Source: an uncultured Dehalococcoidia bacterium
Lineage (GTDB): Bacteria > Chloroflexota > Dehalococcoidia > Lucifugimonadales > UBA826
Assembly: GCA_964602845.1 (NCBI GenBank)
Contig: CAZRSW010000003.1
Span: 77,533 to 141,532, forward strand
Direction of reading: 5' to 3'
DNA length: 64,000 nucleotides
Shown: in pieces, positions 28,560-37,423 of the stretch
Numbering within the stretch: position 1 is the stretch's first letter
How the letters are laid out: each line of letters opens with the position of its first letter
Notes under the pieces: model-generated
Databases searched by the model: none
Told to the model about the DNA's origin: nothing
The model's input: the letters and a program-made list of their open reading frames with translations, nothing else
Program-made: the position numbers and the translations under genes

Positions 28560-29807
28560 TTGCCACACGTGAAAAGCCTTCAATGTCGTGAATGTGAAAG
28601 TACCTATCCGGTAGAACCTCTGAACGCTTGCGAGTACTGCTTTGGTCCGTTGGAAGTAGCATACGATTATGAAGCGATATCCCAGTCAGTCAGCCGCGAC
28701 AGCATTCAATCCGGCCCAGATAACATGTGGAGATATCACGACTTTCTACCTGTAGAAAGGGAGGCCGCCATTGACATCTCTACCGGATACACACCTTTGA
28801 TACATGCTAAGAATCTCGGGAGATATCTCGGATTAAACAACTTATATATAAAAAATGATAGTGTAAATCCCACTTTCTCTTTTAAAGACCGTCCTGTATC
28901 CGTAACGACCACTAAAGCCTTAGAGTTTGAGTTTGAGGTCTTGGCCTGTGTATCAACAGGAAACTTGATGGGTTCAGTCGCTGCTCATGGTGCAAAAGCA
29001 GGAATGAAAACAATGGTATTCTATCCTTCTTATCTTGAACAAGCGAAAATAGACGGCGCAGCTGTTTATGGCCCCACAATGGTTGCTGTCGATGGAACTT
29101 ACGACGAAGCCAACCGTTTCTGCAGCGAGCTCGCAGATAATCACCGATGGGCATTCGTTAATATAAATATGCGCCCATTTTACGCGGAAGGCAGTAAAAC
29201 CCTTGGCTATGAAGTAGCGGAACAATTGGGTTGGAAAGCACCCGACCATTGCATAGTACCAGGGGCTTCAGGGGAATTACATACAAAAATTTGGAAGGGA
29301 TTCCAAGAATTCCACGGAGCTGGCCTCATTGAGAGATCTCGAACAAAGATGCACTTAGCCCAAGCAGAGGGTTGTTCACCAATCGTAGAAGCCTATAATA
29401 TGGGAAGTAATCAAGTACGACCCGTCAAACCTAACACTATTGCCAAATCCTTAGCGATAGGTAACCCAGCAGCCGGAACATATTCTCTGAACGTCTTGAG
29501 AGAAACGTCGGGAACCGCGGTGTCCGCGTACGAGGATACTATCATTGCAGGTATCAAGTTACTAGCCGAGACCGAAGGAATATTCACAGAGACCGCTGGC
29601 GGGGTAGTCATATCTAGCCTGAAAAAACTAGTCAAAATGGGCCATATCGGGAAAGATGAAGTAACAGTTGCCTTTATAACTGGCAATGGACTTAAAACTA
29701 TGGAGGCTATGGGTAACTTCGTGAATCCGATCAAAACACCGCCAGACTACGAGGCTTTTCAAGAATCACTGTCGACCCAATCTAATGGCACCTCGGAGAT
29801 AAAATAA
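28560..29807 (+). CDS. threonine synthase family PLP enzyme with N-terminal 4-Cys zinc ribbon (ThrC/MetM-like)
   Basis: PLP-lysine motif NPTFSFKDRP. N-terminal CRECES...CEYCFGPLEV ribbon. Start assigned to the TTG at 28560, 7 nt after AAGGAG at 28547-28552 (GTG at 28569 is an alternative). The track start at 28425 adds an implausible extension. Confidence 0.85.
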   Translation: MPHVKSLQCRECESTYPVEPLNACEYCFGPLEVAYDYEAISQSVSRDSIQSGPDNMWRYHDFLPVEREAAIDISTGYTPLIHAKNLGRYLGLNNLYIKNDSVNPTFSFKDRPVSVTTTKALEFEFEVLACVSTGNLMGSVAAHGAKAGMKTMVFYPSYLEQAKIDGAAVYGPTMVAVDGTYDEANRFCSELADNHRWAFVNINMRPFYAEGSKTLGYEVAEQLGWKAPDHCIVPGASGELHTKIWKGFQEFHGAGLIERSRTKMHLAQAEGCSPIVEAYNMGSNQVRPVKPNTIAKSLAIGNPAAGTYSLNVLRETSGTAVSAYEDTIIAGIKLLAETEGIFTETAGGVVISSLKKLVKMGHIGKDEVTVAFITGNGLKTMEAMGNFVNPIKTPPDYEAFQESLSTQSNGTSEIK

Positions 29808-30049
29808 TGTCAACCAAACGCATAAAATTTACGTTTCCACAAGACATGGTCAAGAGGCCAGTAATATATGAATTAAGTAAGAACTATCAGATCGTTACTA
29901 ACATCCGGAGAGCTGATGTACGTGACGACATGGGCTGGGTAGTCCTTGAACTAGAGGGCCAAGAAGATGTGATCACCGAGGGCTTAAAATGGGTAGTTTC
30001 CACAGGGGTTAGAGTAGATCCTATAGCAGGAGATGTGATAGAGGGATAG
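29807..30049 (+). CDS. stand-alone NIL domain protein (80 aa)
   Basis: KRIKFTFPQDMVKRPVIYELSKNYQIVTNIRRADV...GWVVLELEG matches the NIL domain pattern known from the MetN C-terminus. Its ATG overlaps the thrC-like stop (TAATG). Confidence 0.75.
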   Translation: MSTKRIKFTFPQDMVKRPVIYELSKNYQIVTNIRRADVRDDMGWVVLELEGQEDVITEGLKWVVSTGVRVDPIAGDVIEG

Positions 30050-30100
30050 GATATAGTCACATAGTTCTGGGTTATATGGTAAATCAGGGAGTAGAAAATT

Positions 30101-30379
30101 ATGAGCGCAACGATACGAATTCCAACCCCTCTCCGAAAGGTTACAAATGGAGCGGATAAAATTACGGTTGAGAGTGGATCCATAGTAGAAATTATAGAAT
30201 CTCTGGACAAGGAATTTCCTGGAATTAAAGCTCGATTATGTGATGATAATGACGAACTAAGGAACTTTGTCAACATGTACATAAATGGAGAAGATATCAG
30301 GTTCCTGGATGGTATGAAAAGCTCAGTCAGTTCTGGCGATGAGGTGAGCATAGTTCCCGCAGTAGCTGGCGGAAACTAG
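30101..30379 (+). CDS. CysO/MoaD/ThiS-type beta-grasp sulfur-carrier protein, C-terminus ...AVAGGN
   Basis: Collinear over its full length with M. tuberculosis CysO as I recall it (IPTxLR...G, RFVNxYxNxEDxRF, GDxVxIxPAVAGG). One Asn follows the Gly-Gly. GGGAG RBS lies 10 nt upstream. Confidence 0.85.
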   Translation: MSATIRIPTPLRKVTNGADKITVESGSIVEIIESLDKEFPGIKARLCDDNDELRNFVNMYINGEDIRFLDGMKSSVSSGDEVSIVPAVAGGN

Positions 30380-30414
30380 GCAAGACCAGTCAGTTAATCT
30401 CTCCCTTTTTTAAT

Positions 30415-30431
30415 TACTACCCTCAGTAGTA
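30415..30431. repeat. inverted repeat TACTAC-N5-GTAGTA (copy 2)
   Basis: Read directly: TACTAC 30415-30420, cctca, GTAGTA 30426-30431, in the 64-nt gap between the convergent carrier gene and tgt. A T-run precedes rather than follows it, so it is not a canonical terminator on either strand. Confidence 0.4.
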
Positions 30432-30443
30432 GCCAATCCAACT

Positions 30444-31553
30444 TTAGTGAACTGAGACACCGTACCTATGTAGGAATTCACTCCTAAAACTCGCGAACTC
30501 GTTACCTATTATTGCAACTCGCATGTTCTCCATCAAATTAATCAAGAACCTAAGATTGTGTATGGTTGCAAGTCTGTAAGCTGAATATTCCTTTGCCTTA
30601 AACAAATGATGCACATAGGCAACCGAAAATCTGGAACATGTGTAGCAATCACAACCTAAATCTAACGGACAATCTAGAGTTTTATTTCGAGCTGTTGTGA
30701 TATTCATCCTCCCCTCACTAGTGTATATTGCCCCATTCCTAGCAATTCTAGTAGGTAATACACAATCAAACATGTCAATACCCCTATAAACACACTCAAC
30801 AAGATCCTCTGGGGCTCCTACGCCCATCAGGTATCTTGGTTTCTTATCAGAGAGCATCCGAGCTGTAGATCCGGCAATCGAATACATTTCTTTCTTGGAC
30901 TCTCCTACACTCAATCCTCCTATGGCATAGCCAGGGAGGTCGAACGAACTAAGTGCCTCCACAGACTGCTGTCGAAACTCCGTAAAGATCCCTCCCTGGA
31001 TGATCCCAAATAACTTTTGTCTATTGTCACTTTTTACGCTCAAACTTCTGTCCATCCATCTCTTGGTCCTGTGAACGGCAATCTCCACATCCAACTCACT
31101 CGCATTGTAGGGTGCACATTCATCTAATGGCATCATAATATCTGATCCTAAATCCTCTTGGATTTTTATAACAACTTCCGGAGTCAGATTATGAGAGCTT
31201 CCATCAATGTGGGATCGAAACAGAATACCGTCTTCACTTATACGACGTAGATGCCTCAAACTGAAACCTTGATATCCCCCGCTGTCCGTCAAAATAGATC
31301 GGTTCCACCCCATAAATCTATGCAACCCGCCTAACTTAGTAATCACGTCTACCCCAGGTCTTAGATAAAGGTGATATGCATTCCCTAACACCATATGAGA
31401 ATTTAGAGAGACAAGATCATCACCATCTAGAGCCTTCACTGAGCCTTGAGTAGCTACAGGCATGAAAATTGGGGTGTCAAAAAGCCCTCTAGCGGTCTGA
31501 ATTTTCCCAGCTCTAGCTTCTCCATCCTTTGCAACAATCCTGAAGAACACCAT
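30444..31553 (-). CDS. tgt: queuine tRNA-ribosyltransferase
   Basis: FDTPIFMPVATQGSVKAL, LGNAYHL, DSGGYQ and the zinc motif CDCYTC...H. Confidence 0.9.
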   Translation of the reverse strand: MVFFRIVAKDGEARAGKIQTARGLFDTPIFMPVATQGSVKALDGDDLVSLNSHMVLGNAYHLYLRPGVDVITKLGGLHRFMGWNRSILTDSGGYQGFSLRHLRRISEDGILFRSHIDGSSHNLTPEVVIKIQEDLGSDIMMPLDECAPYNASELDVEIAVHRTKRWMDRSLSVKSDNRQKLFGIIQGGIFTEFRQQSVEALSSFDLPGYAIGGLSVGESKKEMYSIAGSTARMLSDKKPRYLMGVGAPEDLVECVYRGIDMFDCVLPTRIARNGAIYTSEGRMNITTARNKTLDCPLDLGCDCYTCSRFSVAYVHHLFKAKEYSAYRLATIHNLRFLINLMENMRVAIIGNEFASFRSEFLHRYGVSVH

Positions 31554-31568
31554 AGCCTTTCCTTTCTC

Positions 31569-32459
31569 CTATAAGAATGGTATGTCTGCCCAAATTCCTT
31601 GCGTCACTAACTGCAATCCAACAACAACTAAAACCAGCGCGAGAACTTTAGTGATCCACTTGGAATTTACAAACGTAGCGAGGCGAACACCAAGCTGACT
31701 CCCTATTATTAATCCCGCACCAGACCATACCAACACCGGATACCATTCAACATTCCCCCGTAGAATATGAATGGCCCCACCGAAGGAAGCATAGATAGAT
31801 AATGCAAATATGGAGGTTGCTGCTGCTACTGTGACCGGAAATCCAAACCACGAAATTAAGAGTGGAGTCCGTATAAATCCCCCCCCTGTACCAAAAAAAC
31901 TAGACATAAATCCCAGAACGACATTAAAACTGGTTGCCAGATAAATATTGAAACTATAACGAAAGCTATCACCTCTCCTGGATTTAAAAGATCTCTCAGC
32001 TACCAAACGGTTCCAAGGTCTATTTCCATGGCTATTAGCACCGTTCTTAACTTTAACTAGTTCATTTTCACGAACTAATTCCGTAACTTCGCCCGGTCTC
32101 AGAATCAGTAAAGCTGCGAGTAGTAATAACAGTACACCTAGAAGCAATTTAAACAGAATATCGGGAGTGGTTGTTATGAAAAATGGTGCTATCACCGAAC
32201 CCGGTATAGCAGCGATCGCAAACCAATACCCACTCTTAACATCCACTAAACCTGCCCTACAATATCCAATTGCCCCTGAAATACTATTAATTGCTACCAA
32301 AGTTAATGAAGTACCTGCAGCAGACGCACCATTAAGGCCAAAAACTATTAGCAACACTGGGGTGAGTACTGTACCGCCACCTACCCCAACAACCGTCCCA
32401 TAAACCCCAGTAAAAATCCCCAGTAGCAAGTAAGGTATAAGATCAAGAATTAAATCCAT
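31569..32459 (-). CDS. TauE/SafE family anion (sulfite/sulfonate-type) exporter
   Basis: Polytopic membrane protein with duplicated G-rich helices (GVGGGTVLTPVL; FGTGGGFIRTPLL) typical of TauE/SafE. Confidence 0.75.
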   Translation of the reverse strand: MDLILDLIPYLLLGIFTGVYGTVVGVGGGTVLTPVLLIVFGLNGASAAGTSLTLVAINSISGAIGYCRAGLVDVKSGYWFAIAAIPGSVIAPFFITTTPDILFKLLLGVLLLLLAALLILRPGEVTELVRENELVKVKNGANSHGNRPWNRLVAERSFKSRRGDSFRYSFNIYLATSFNVVLGFMSSFFGTGGGFIRTPLLISWFGFPVTVAAATSIFALSIYASFGGAIHILRGNVEWYPVLVWSGAGLIIGSQLGVRLATFVNSKWITKVLALVLVVVGLQLVTQGIWADIPFL

Positions 32460-32490
32460 TCGGTCACCGCTGTTGCTTCATAAGTGACAG

Positions 32491-33597
32491 TTACGAACGG
32501 ACCTTGAGAAGAGCGTCATTCACAAATTCCTGGGGGACTTGGTCACTAGTAACCGAATGGCCTATCTCATCTAGTAACACCCAATTTATCGAACCATCAG
32601 AAGTTTTTTTATCTGATTTCATAGCCTCTAAAATAGTTTCGATCTCGATCCCTGAAAAATCTATTGGGAGTCCATATCCCCTTAAAATACGCTCCTGACG
32701 TCTCACGTCATCATCACTCAGCAAATCCATCGACCGTGAAATATGTGCAGCCGCCATCATTCCTATACTAACAGCCTCACCATGCAGATATCTGCCAAAA
32801 CCAGTCACAACTTCAAGAGCGTGTCCGACTGTATGACCGTAATTTAGGAGAATTCTAAGACCCATTGTCTCTTTTTCATCCTGAGAAACCACATTTGCCT
32901 TGACACTAACACTTTTCCTGATAATTTCTGTTGCCCAATCTGGTTCAAGAGTTTTAATTTCAGTAATATTCCCTTCGAATATTTCCAATAAACTCGAATC
33001 TAATATCAAACCATGTTTAATAGCTTCAGCCCACCCCGAAGTCAATTCGCGAGACGGGAGAGTACGCAACAACTTGACATCAGACAGAACAAAAACAGGT
33101 TGATAAAATGACCCTACAAGATTTTTACCCTCAGGGAGATCTATCGCAACTTTCCCACCAATAGATGCATCCATCATCGCAAGTAAAGTCGTTGGCACAA
33201 GACCAAATTTTAAGCCTCTCAGATATGTCGAGGCAACAAATCCCGCAAGATCCCCCACTACACCTCCACCTACTCCAACGATCATATGTCCTCTTTCCGC
33301 CTTTTTCGCAGCCAACCATCTATATACGTGTTGGACAGTTTTTAGAGTCTTATTAGACTCGCCAGAAGGCATAAAAAATATGTGGGTTTCAATGCCACAT
33401 CGCTCCAATACTATTTGTACTTTCCTTACATGCTGATCAAGCCTATCATCGGAAATTATGTAAATAACCGACGGATCATAAACACCTTGGATACGCTCCC
33501 CTATCCCATCTAGGATGTCCCAGCCCACCCAAACGGGATAGGACCCATTTGAACTGAGCACGTTGGCTGCTAAATCATGGCGATCAGATGTTTTCAC
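32491..33597 (-). CDS. aroB: 3-dehydroquinate synthase
   Basis: GGGVVGDLAGF nucleotide loop and the NYGHTVGHALE metal site. A 4-nt overlap with aroK. Confidence 0.9.
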   Translation of the reverse strand: MKTSDRHDLAANVLSSNGSYPVWVGWDILDGIGERIQGVYDPSVIYIISDDRLDQHVRKVQIVLERCGIETHIFFMPSGESNKTLKTVQHVYRWLAAKKAERGHMIVGVGGGVVGDLAGFVASTYLRGLKFGLVPTTLLAMMDASIGGKVAIDLPEGKNLVGSFYQPVFVLSDVKLLRTLPSRELTSGWAEAIKHGLILDSSLLEIFEGNITEIKTLEPDWATEIIRKSVSVKANVVSQDEKETMGLRILLNYGHTVGHALEVVTGFGRYLHGEAVSIGMMAAAHISRSMDLLSDDDVRRQERILRGYGLPIDFSGIEIETILEAMKSDKKTSDGSINWVLLDEIGHSVTSDQVPQEFVNDALLKVRS

Positions 33598-34127
33598 AAT
33601 CGTAGTTTTTCCTTAATGACAAGCGCAACCTCACGCGGTGTCAGGCCATCTGTTGGCACATGGACATCCGCGGTAGCATAAAACTCAAGTCTCTCCTCCA
33701 TCAATTTCGCTATCCTTTCTCGTGGTTGTTCGGATTTAAGCATAGGTCGTGAAATATCTGGGGTCTCCTCATGATTCTGAGCATGGAGTCGAGCGTATAT
33801 TGTTTCAATATCTGCCGTCAAACAAACCACAGTTCCTGAATCACACATCATAAATCGATTCGACTCTAGAACAGGAACCCCACCTCCTGTGGACACGACC
33901 TGCTGACGAGCTTCAGAAACGTCACGAAGACATTCGGATTCCGCATTCCTAAATACGTCCTCTCCCACATCCTCAAAAATATCGGAGATTGATTTGCCTA
34001 AGTTGTTTTCTATCATACAATCCATATCAATGAATACCCATCCCAAAATCAGTGCCAGTTCAATGCCTGTAGACGTTTTACCGGTACCAGAAAACCCAAT
34101 TAGATAAATATTATCAACCATCGTCAT
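33594..34127 (-). CDS. aroK: shikimate kinase
   Basis: Walker A GFSGTGKTS. 177 aa. Translationally coupled to aroB. Confidence 0.85.
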   Translation of the reverse strand: MTMVDNIYLIGFSGTGKTSTGIELALILGWVFIDMDCMIENNLGKSISDIFEDVGEDVFRNAESECLRDVSEARQQVVSTGGGVPVLESNRFMMCDSGTVVCLTADIETIYARLHAQNHEETPDISRPMLKSEQPRERIAKLMEERLEFYATADVHVPTDGLTPREVALVIKEKLRL

Positions 34128-34219
34128 ATCGTCACTCGTTTATAATCTACTAAGAGCTAATAGTACACGAAGTCTACATTAACATTTGCATCCCCAACAA
34201 AACAGGATTAAACACACAT

Positions 34220-34930
34220 ATGAGAATTGCAGAACGAGGAAATAGAGAACTTCGGCCCACAACAATAATACCTAATTATTTGGACTTTTCTAACGGATCC
34301 GCCCTGATTTCTACTGGGAGTACTAAAGTGCTTTGCACTGCAAACATTAGTGAAACAGTACCTACATTTTTAAGCGGCAGCAACAAAGGTTGGATCACTG
34401 CAGAGTACAACATGTTACCAGGCTCCACAAACCAAAGAATCCCCCGTAGTAGCCTACATAAAGGACGAACTAAGGAAATACAACGGTTGATTGGAAGAGC
34501 TCTAAGGTCCTCATTAGATTTAACATCAATTGGGGAAATGAGTATACACATTGACTGCGATGTGCTCCAAGCAGACGGAGGAACAAGAACGGCAGCAGTC
34601 ACTGGGAGCTTTGTAGCACTATATTTAGCACTCAACGAACTTACGAACGACAATCTTATAGATGCAATCCCCGACTTTACTTTCGTAGCAGCCACCAGTG
34701 TCGGTGTGTTGCAGGATTCGCTCTTACTAGACTTGTGTTATGACGAGGACGCCCGAGCCGATGTAGATTTCAATATAGTCATGTCGGAAAACCAAGAGAT
34801 AATAGAGCTACAGGGTAGCGCCGAAGGCCAACGATTCACCAAGAATACGGTTAATCAGATAATAGACATAGCCAGTGAAGGGATTAGCGATCTGATAAAA
34901 ATACAAAAAATGGCCCTCAAAATAAGCTAG
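34220..34930 (+). CDS. rph: ribonuclease PH
   Basis: 236 aa. RxxxELRP opening, EYNMLPGST and DCDVLQADGGTRTAA motifs. Confidence 0.9.
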   Translation: MRIAERGNRELRPTTIIPNYLDFSNGSALISTGSTKVLCTANISETVPTFLSGSNKGWITAEYNMLPGSTNQRIPRSSLHKGRTKEIQRLIGRALRSSLDLTSIGEMSIHIDCDVLQADGGTRTAAVTGSFVALYLALNELTNDNLIDAIPDFTFVAATSVGVLQDSLLLDLCYDEDARADVDFNIVMSENQEIIELQGSAEGQRFTKNTVNQIIDIASEGISDLIKIQKMALKIS

Positions 34931-35046
34931 CCCATGAAACGGATGGGAAGGGGAAATTGAAATGAAGACCCGCGTTCCAATAGCTTATTAAAACCATTGA
35001 TGCAGGCAAGTTGTCGAGAGAAATTAAAATATTTGCGGACTAAAAT

Positions 35047-35490
35047 ATGCAACCTTCAAAAAACGTAATCGTAGCCATATTATGCTCGTTAACGTTACTT
35101 ATAGCCGCAAGTATTTATTTCTCGTTTTCCCCACGCCAAGCTTCACTCGAAAAGGGCTCTCCAGAATTCGTCGTTCAGAGTTACATCAAATATCTGTTAG
35201 ACGATAACTACCAAAATGCTCATGATCTTCTCTCTGAAGGATCAGATTGCGAGTTTATAGACTTTATTTCCGTTATCAGCACGCATTCCGATTACCTAAA
35301 ACAAGAAAATGTATCCCACATAGAGACGAAAGTATTTGGAGATACCGCAACAGTTTTCATCGAAATCAGCGGAGTGGAAACATCGTTGCCAATAGGTGTA
35401 ACAGGTTACAATAGGGAGGAAAGTTTCACGCTAATAAAGGAAAAAGACCAGTGGAGACTGTTGAAATTCAACTACCCGAACTGTGGATAG
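35047..35490 (+). CDS. hypothetical membrane-anchored protein (147 aa)
   Basis: N-terminal hydrophobic anchor IVAILCSLTLLIAASIYF followed by a small soluble domain. No family assigned. Confidence 0.5.
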   Translation: MQPSKNVIVAILCSLTLLIAASIYFSFSPRQASLEKGSPEFVVQSYIKYLLDDNYQNAHDLLSEGSDCEFIDFISVISTHSDYLKQENVSHIETKVFGDTATVFIEISGVETSLPIGVTGYNREESFTLIKEKDQWRLLKFNYPNCG

Positions 35491-35587
35491 ACCTCGATGA
35501 GCAATTAACCTGTCCCCATAAAATAGTAGCTAGATCAATTAACCTTAAACCTCCATATGGGAAGATTACTTCTCTTCCGTGTGAAAC

Positions 35588-37381
35588 ATGCTAGATATAC
35601 TCAGTTCAGCACCTTATTTCCTCATCATTTTAATAGTATTTTCCGCACTTTATCACGGGATTAAGCACAGGTCCCGTGACAGTATCAAAGATCCTTCTGG
35701 ACAACTTGTACGAAGAATATATTTCTATACATTAACACTGATTTCAATATTGATGATCGCTTTTGGAGTCGTACAGACCTCTACTTTTATCCTTGAGGGA
35801 ATTTTCGGAGAAAGCTTAACAGGTGCGCCACCGGAGAGGGCAGCTATTGGCATTTCATTGATTATAGTTGGCACTCCTCTTTGGTTTATACATTGGCGGA
35901 TAGTAAATACAAACGCCAAAACCAATATCACAGAGAGGTTGTCCGGCATAAGACAATTCTACATTTATGCACTATTAGTTATATCAATGGCAATAGTGAC
36001 AGATGCTATGCTCACAATATTAGCCTCAATATTTCAGTTAGACGACCTTAGTTTTTACCACATCTGTGTACTTCCCGTGTTTGTATTGATCTGGTTTTAT
36101 CATTGGCAATTACAAGATAAAGAAAGATCAAATACCCTAGAATGGTCCGTTCTTCGAACCGTGTATATTTACGGGTTTACACTCGTCGGGCTTCTCCTTC
36201 TAAGTACTGGCACCGGTGTCCTCATTCAAAACCTTCTAAAATCATTAATAGAGGAATTTGCTGGTAATAACCTCATCTTGCAAGAGCCCCATTCATTATG
36301 GCAACGGGGAATAGGACAAGCTCTTTGCGCTATGATCGCTGGTGGAATTATATGGTCCCTGCATTGGCTAATATTTGCACGGAAAGAGTTGAGTAATATT
36401 CTGGCCAGTTTATATCTCTATTTTGTCGCTCTGTTGGGGGGAGGAATACCTATCATCGCATCCTGCATAATTCTACTGCAGGCACTGCTAGGGGCATTAA
36501 TGGGAACGGACCCAGACCAGAATGGTAACAGTTCCACATTTTATTCCAGCGTCCTGAGTTCGTTAGCCATAGGTGGAGCCATTTTGTCATACCATTGGTG
36601 GTACATCAGACGACAAGAGTTAACCCCTCAGTCGGGTCAAATAAATTCCAGTGCGGTATTCTACCACTCTTATGTCTTCATAGGAGTCCTTGTACTTGGC
36701 TCGGGAGTTGCACTCTCAATTAACACTATTTTGTCTTTCTTCACAGGTTATAACGATATAGCATTACCCAGTTCTGGGGCTCTAAAGGGCATGTCCTCGA
36801 TAAGTATAACTTTGATATTAGTCGGTACAGTTGTCTGGGCTTATTCATGGAGACAGGTTCAGTCAAACTGGATTACCGTGACACAGGGATACTACACGGC
36901 CAGACGCACGTACATATTTTCCATACTAGGTATTAGTATACTCACAGCGGTGGTATCTTTAGCGACTCTATTGTTCCTATTACTGAAAGACCTACTATCA
37001 GCACAGTTCACCACAGGCACGGTAGAAGCAATAAACCCATCCATTTCTATTTTGATCACTCTTGCACCCATAATTGGCTATCACATAATTTTAAAAAGAC
37101 AACAAGAATCCCTCAATCAGGTCTCATCTACATCAAAACCGAGAAACAGAAAACGCATTTTGATCCTAGTCCCTAATGATGACCAAAACTTTGCTACTAC
37201 CCTAGAAAGAGCATTAGGTTACCCCGTGGCGCGAGTCAACTGGGTAGATGAAGGGGCAGCCGCTCAATCACTGGAAAATATAGATCTGGACGATCTAGTA
37301 TCGGGAATAGAACAGTCCGTAGGAGCGGGTGTAATTCTGATACCTGAACCGGGTGGTATACGCATATATTCATACAACTAA
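35588..37381 (+). CDS. polytopic membrane protein made of six tandem two-helix repeats plus a ~85-aa soluble C-terminal domain
   Basis: Repeats begin with R-x-x-Y-x-(Y/F) and end with W-x-x-H-W: WFIHW(103), WFYHW(173), WSLHW(260), LSYHW(337), then degenerate WAYSW(421) and IGYHI(500). Spacing is 70-87 aa. Confidence 0.6.
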   Translation: MLDILSSAPYFLIILIVFSALYHGIKHRSRDSIKDPSGQLVRRIYFYTLTLISILMIAFGVVQTSTFILEGIFGESLTGAPPERAAIGISLIIVGTPLWFIHWRIVNTNAKTNITERLSGIRQFYIYALLVISMAIVTDAMLTILASIFQLDDLSFYHICVLPVFVLIWFYHWQLQDKERSNTLEWSVLRTVYIYGFTLVGLLLLSTGTGVLIQNLLKSLIEEFAGNNLILQEPHSLWQRGIGQALCAMIAGGIIWSLHWLIFARKELSNILASLYLYFVALLGGGIPIIASCIILLQALLGALMGTDPDQNGNSSTFYSSVLSSLAIGGAILSYHWWYIRRQELTPQSGQINSSAVFYHSYVFIGVLVLGSGVALSINTILSFFTGYNDIALPSSGALKGMSSISITLILVGTVVWAYSWRQVQSNWITVTQGYYTARRTYIFSILGISILTAVVSLATLLFLLLKDLLSAQFTTGTVEAINPSISILITLAPIIGYHIILKRQQESLNQVSSTSKPRNRKRILILVPNDDQNFATTLERALGYPVARVNWVDEGAAAQSLENIDLDDLVSGIEQSVGAGVILIPEPGGIRIYSYN

Positions 37382-37423
37382 TGCCAATAACCATCCAATT
37401 AATTACTCGTAGGGAACAATAAC

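Noticed and set aside
29887-30351. 154-aa minus-strand ORF antisense to the NIL and carrier genes
   Set aside because: Both plus-strand products match known domain families. The antisense product is Ser/Thr/Ile-rich with no motif.
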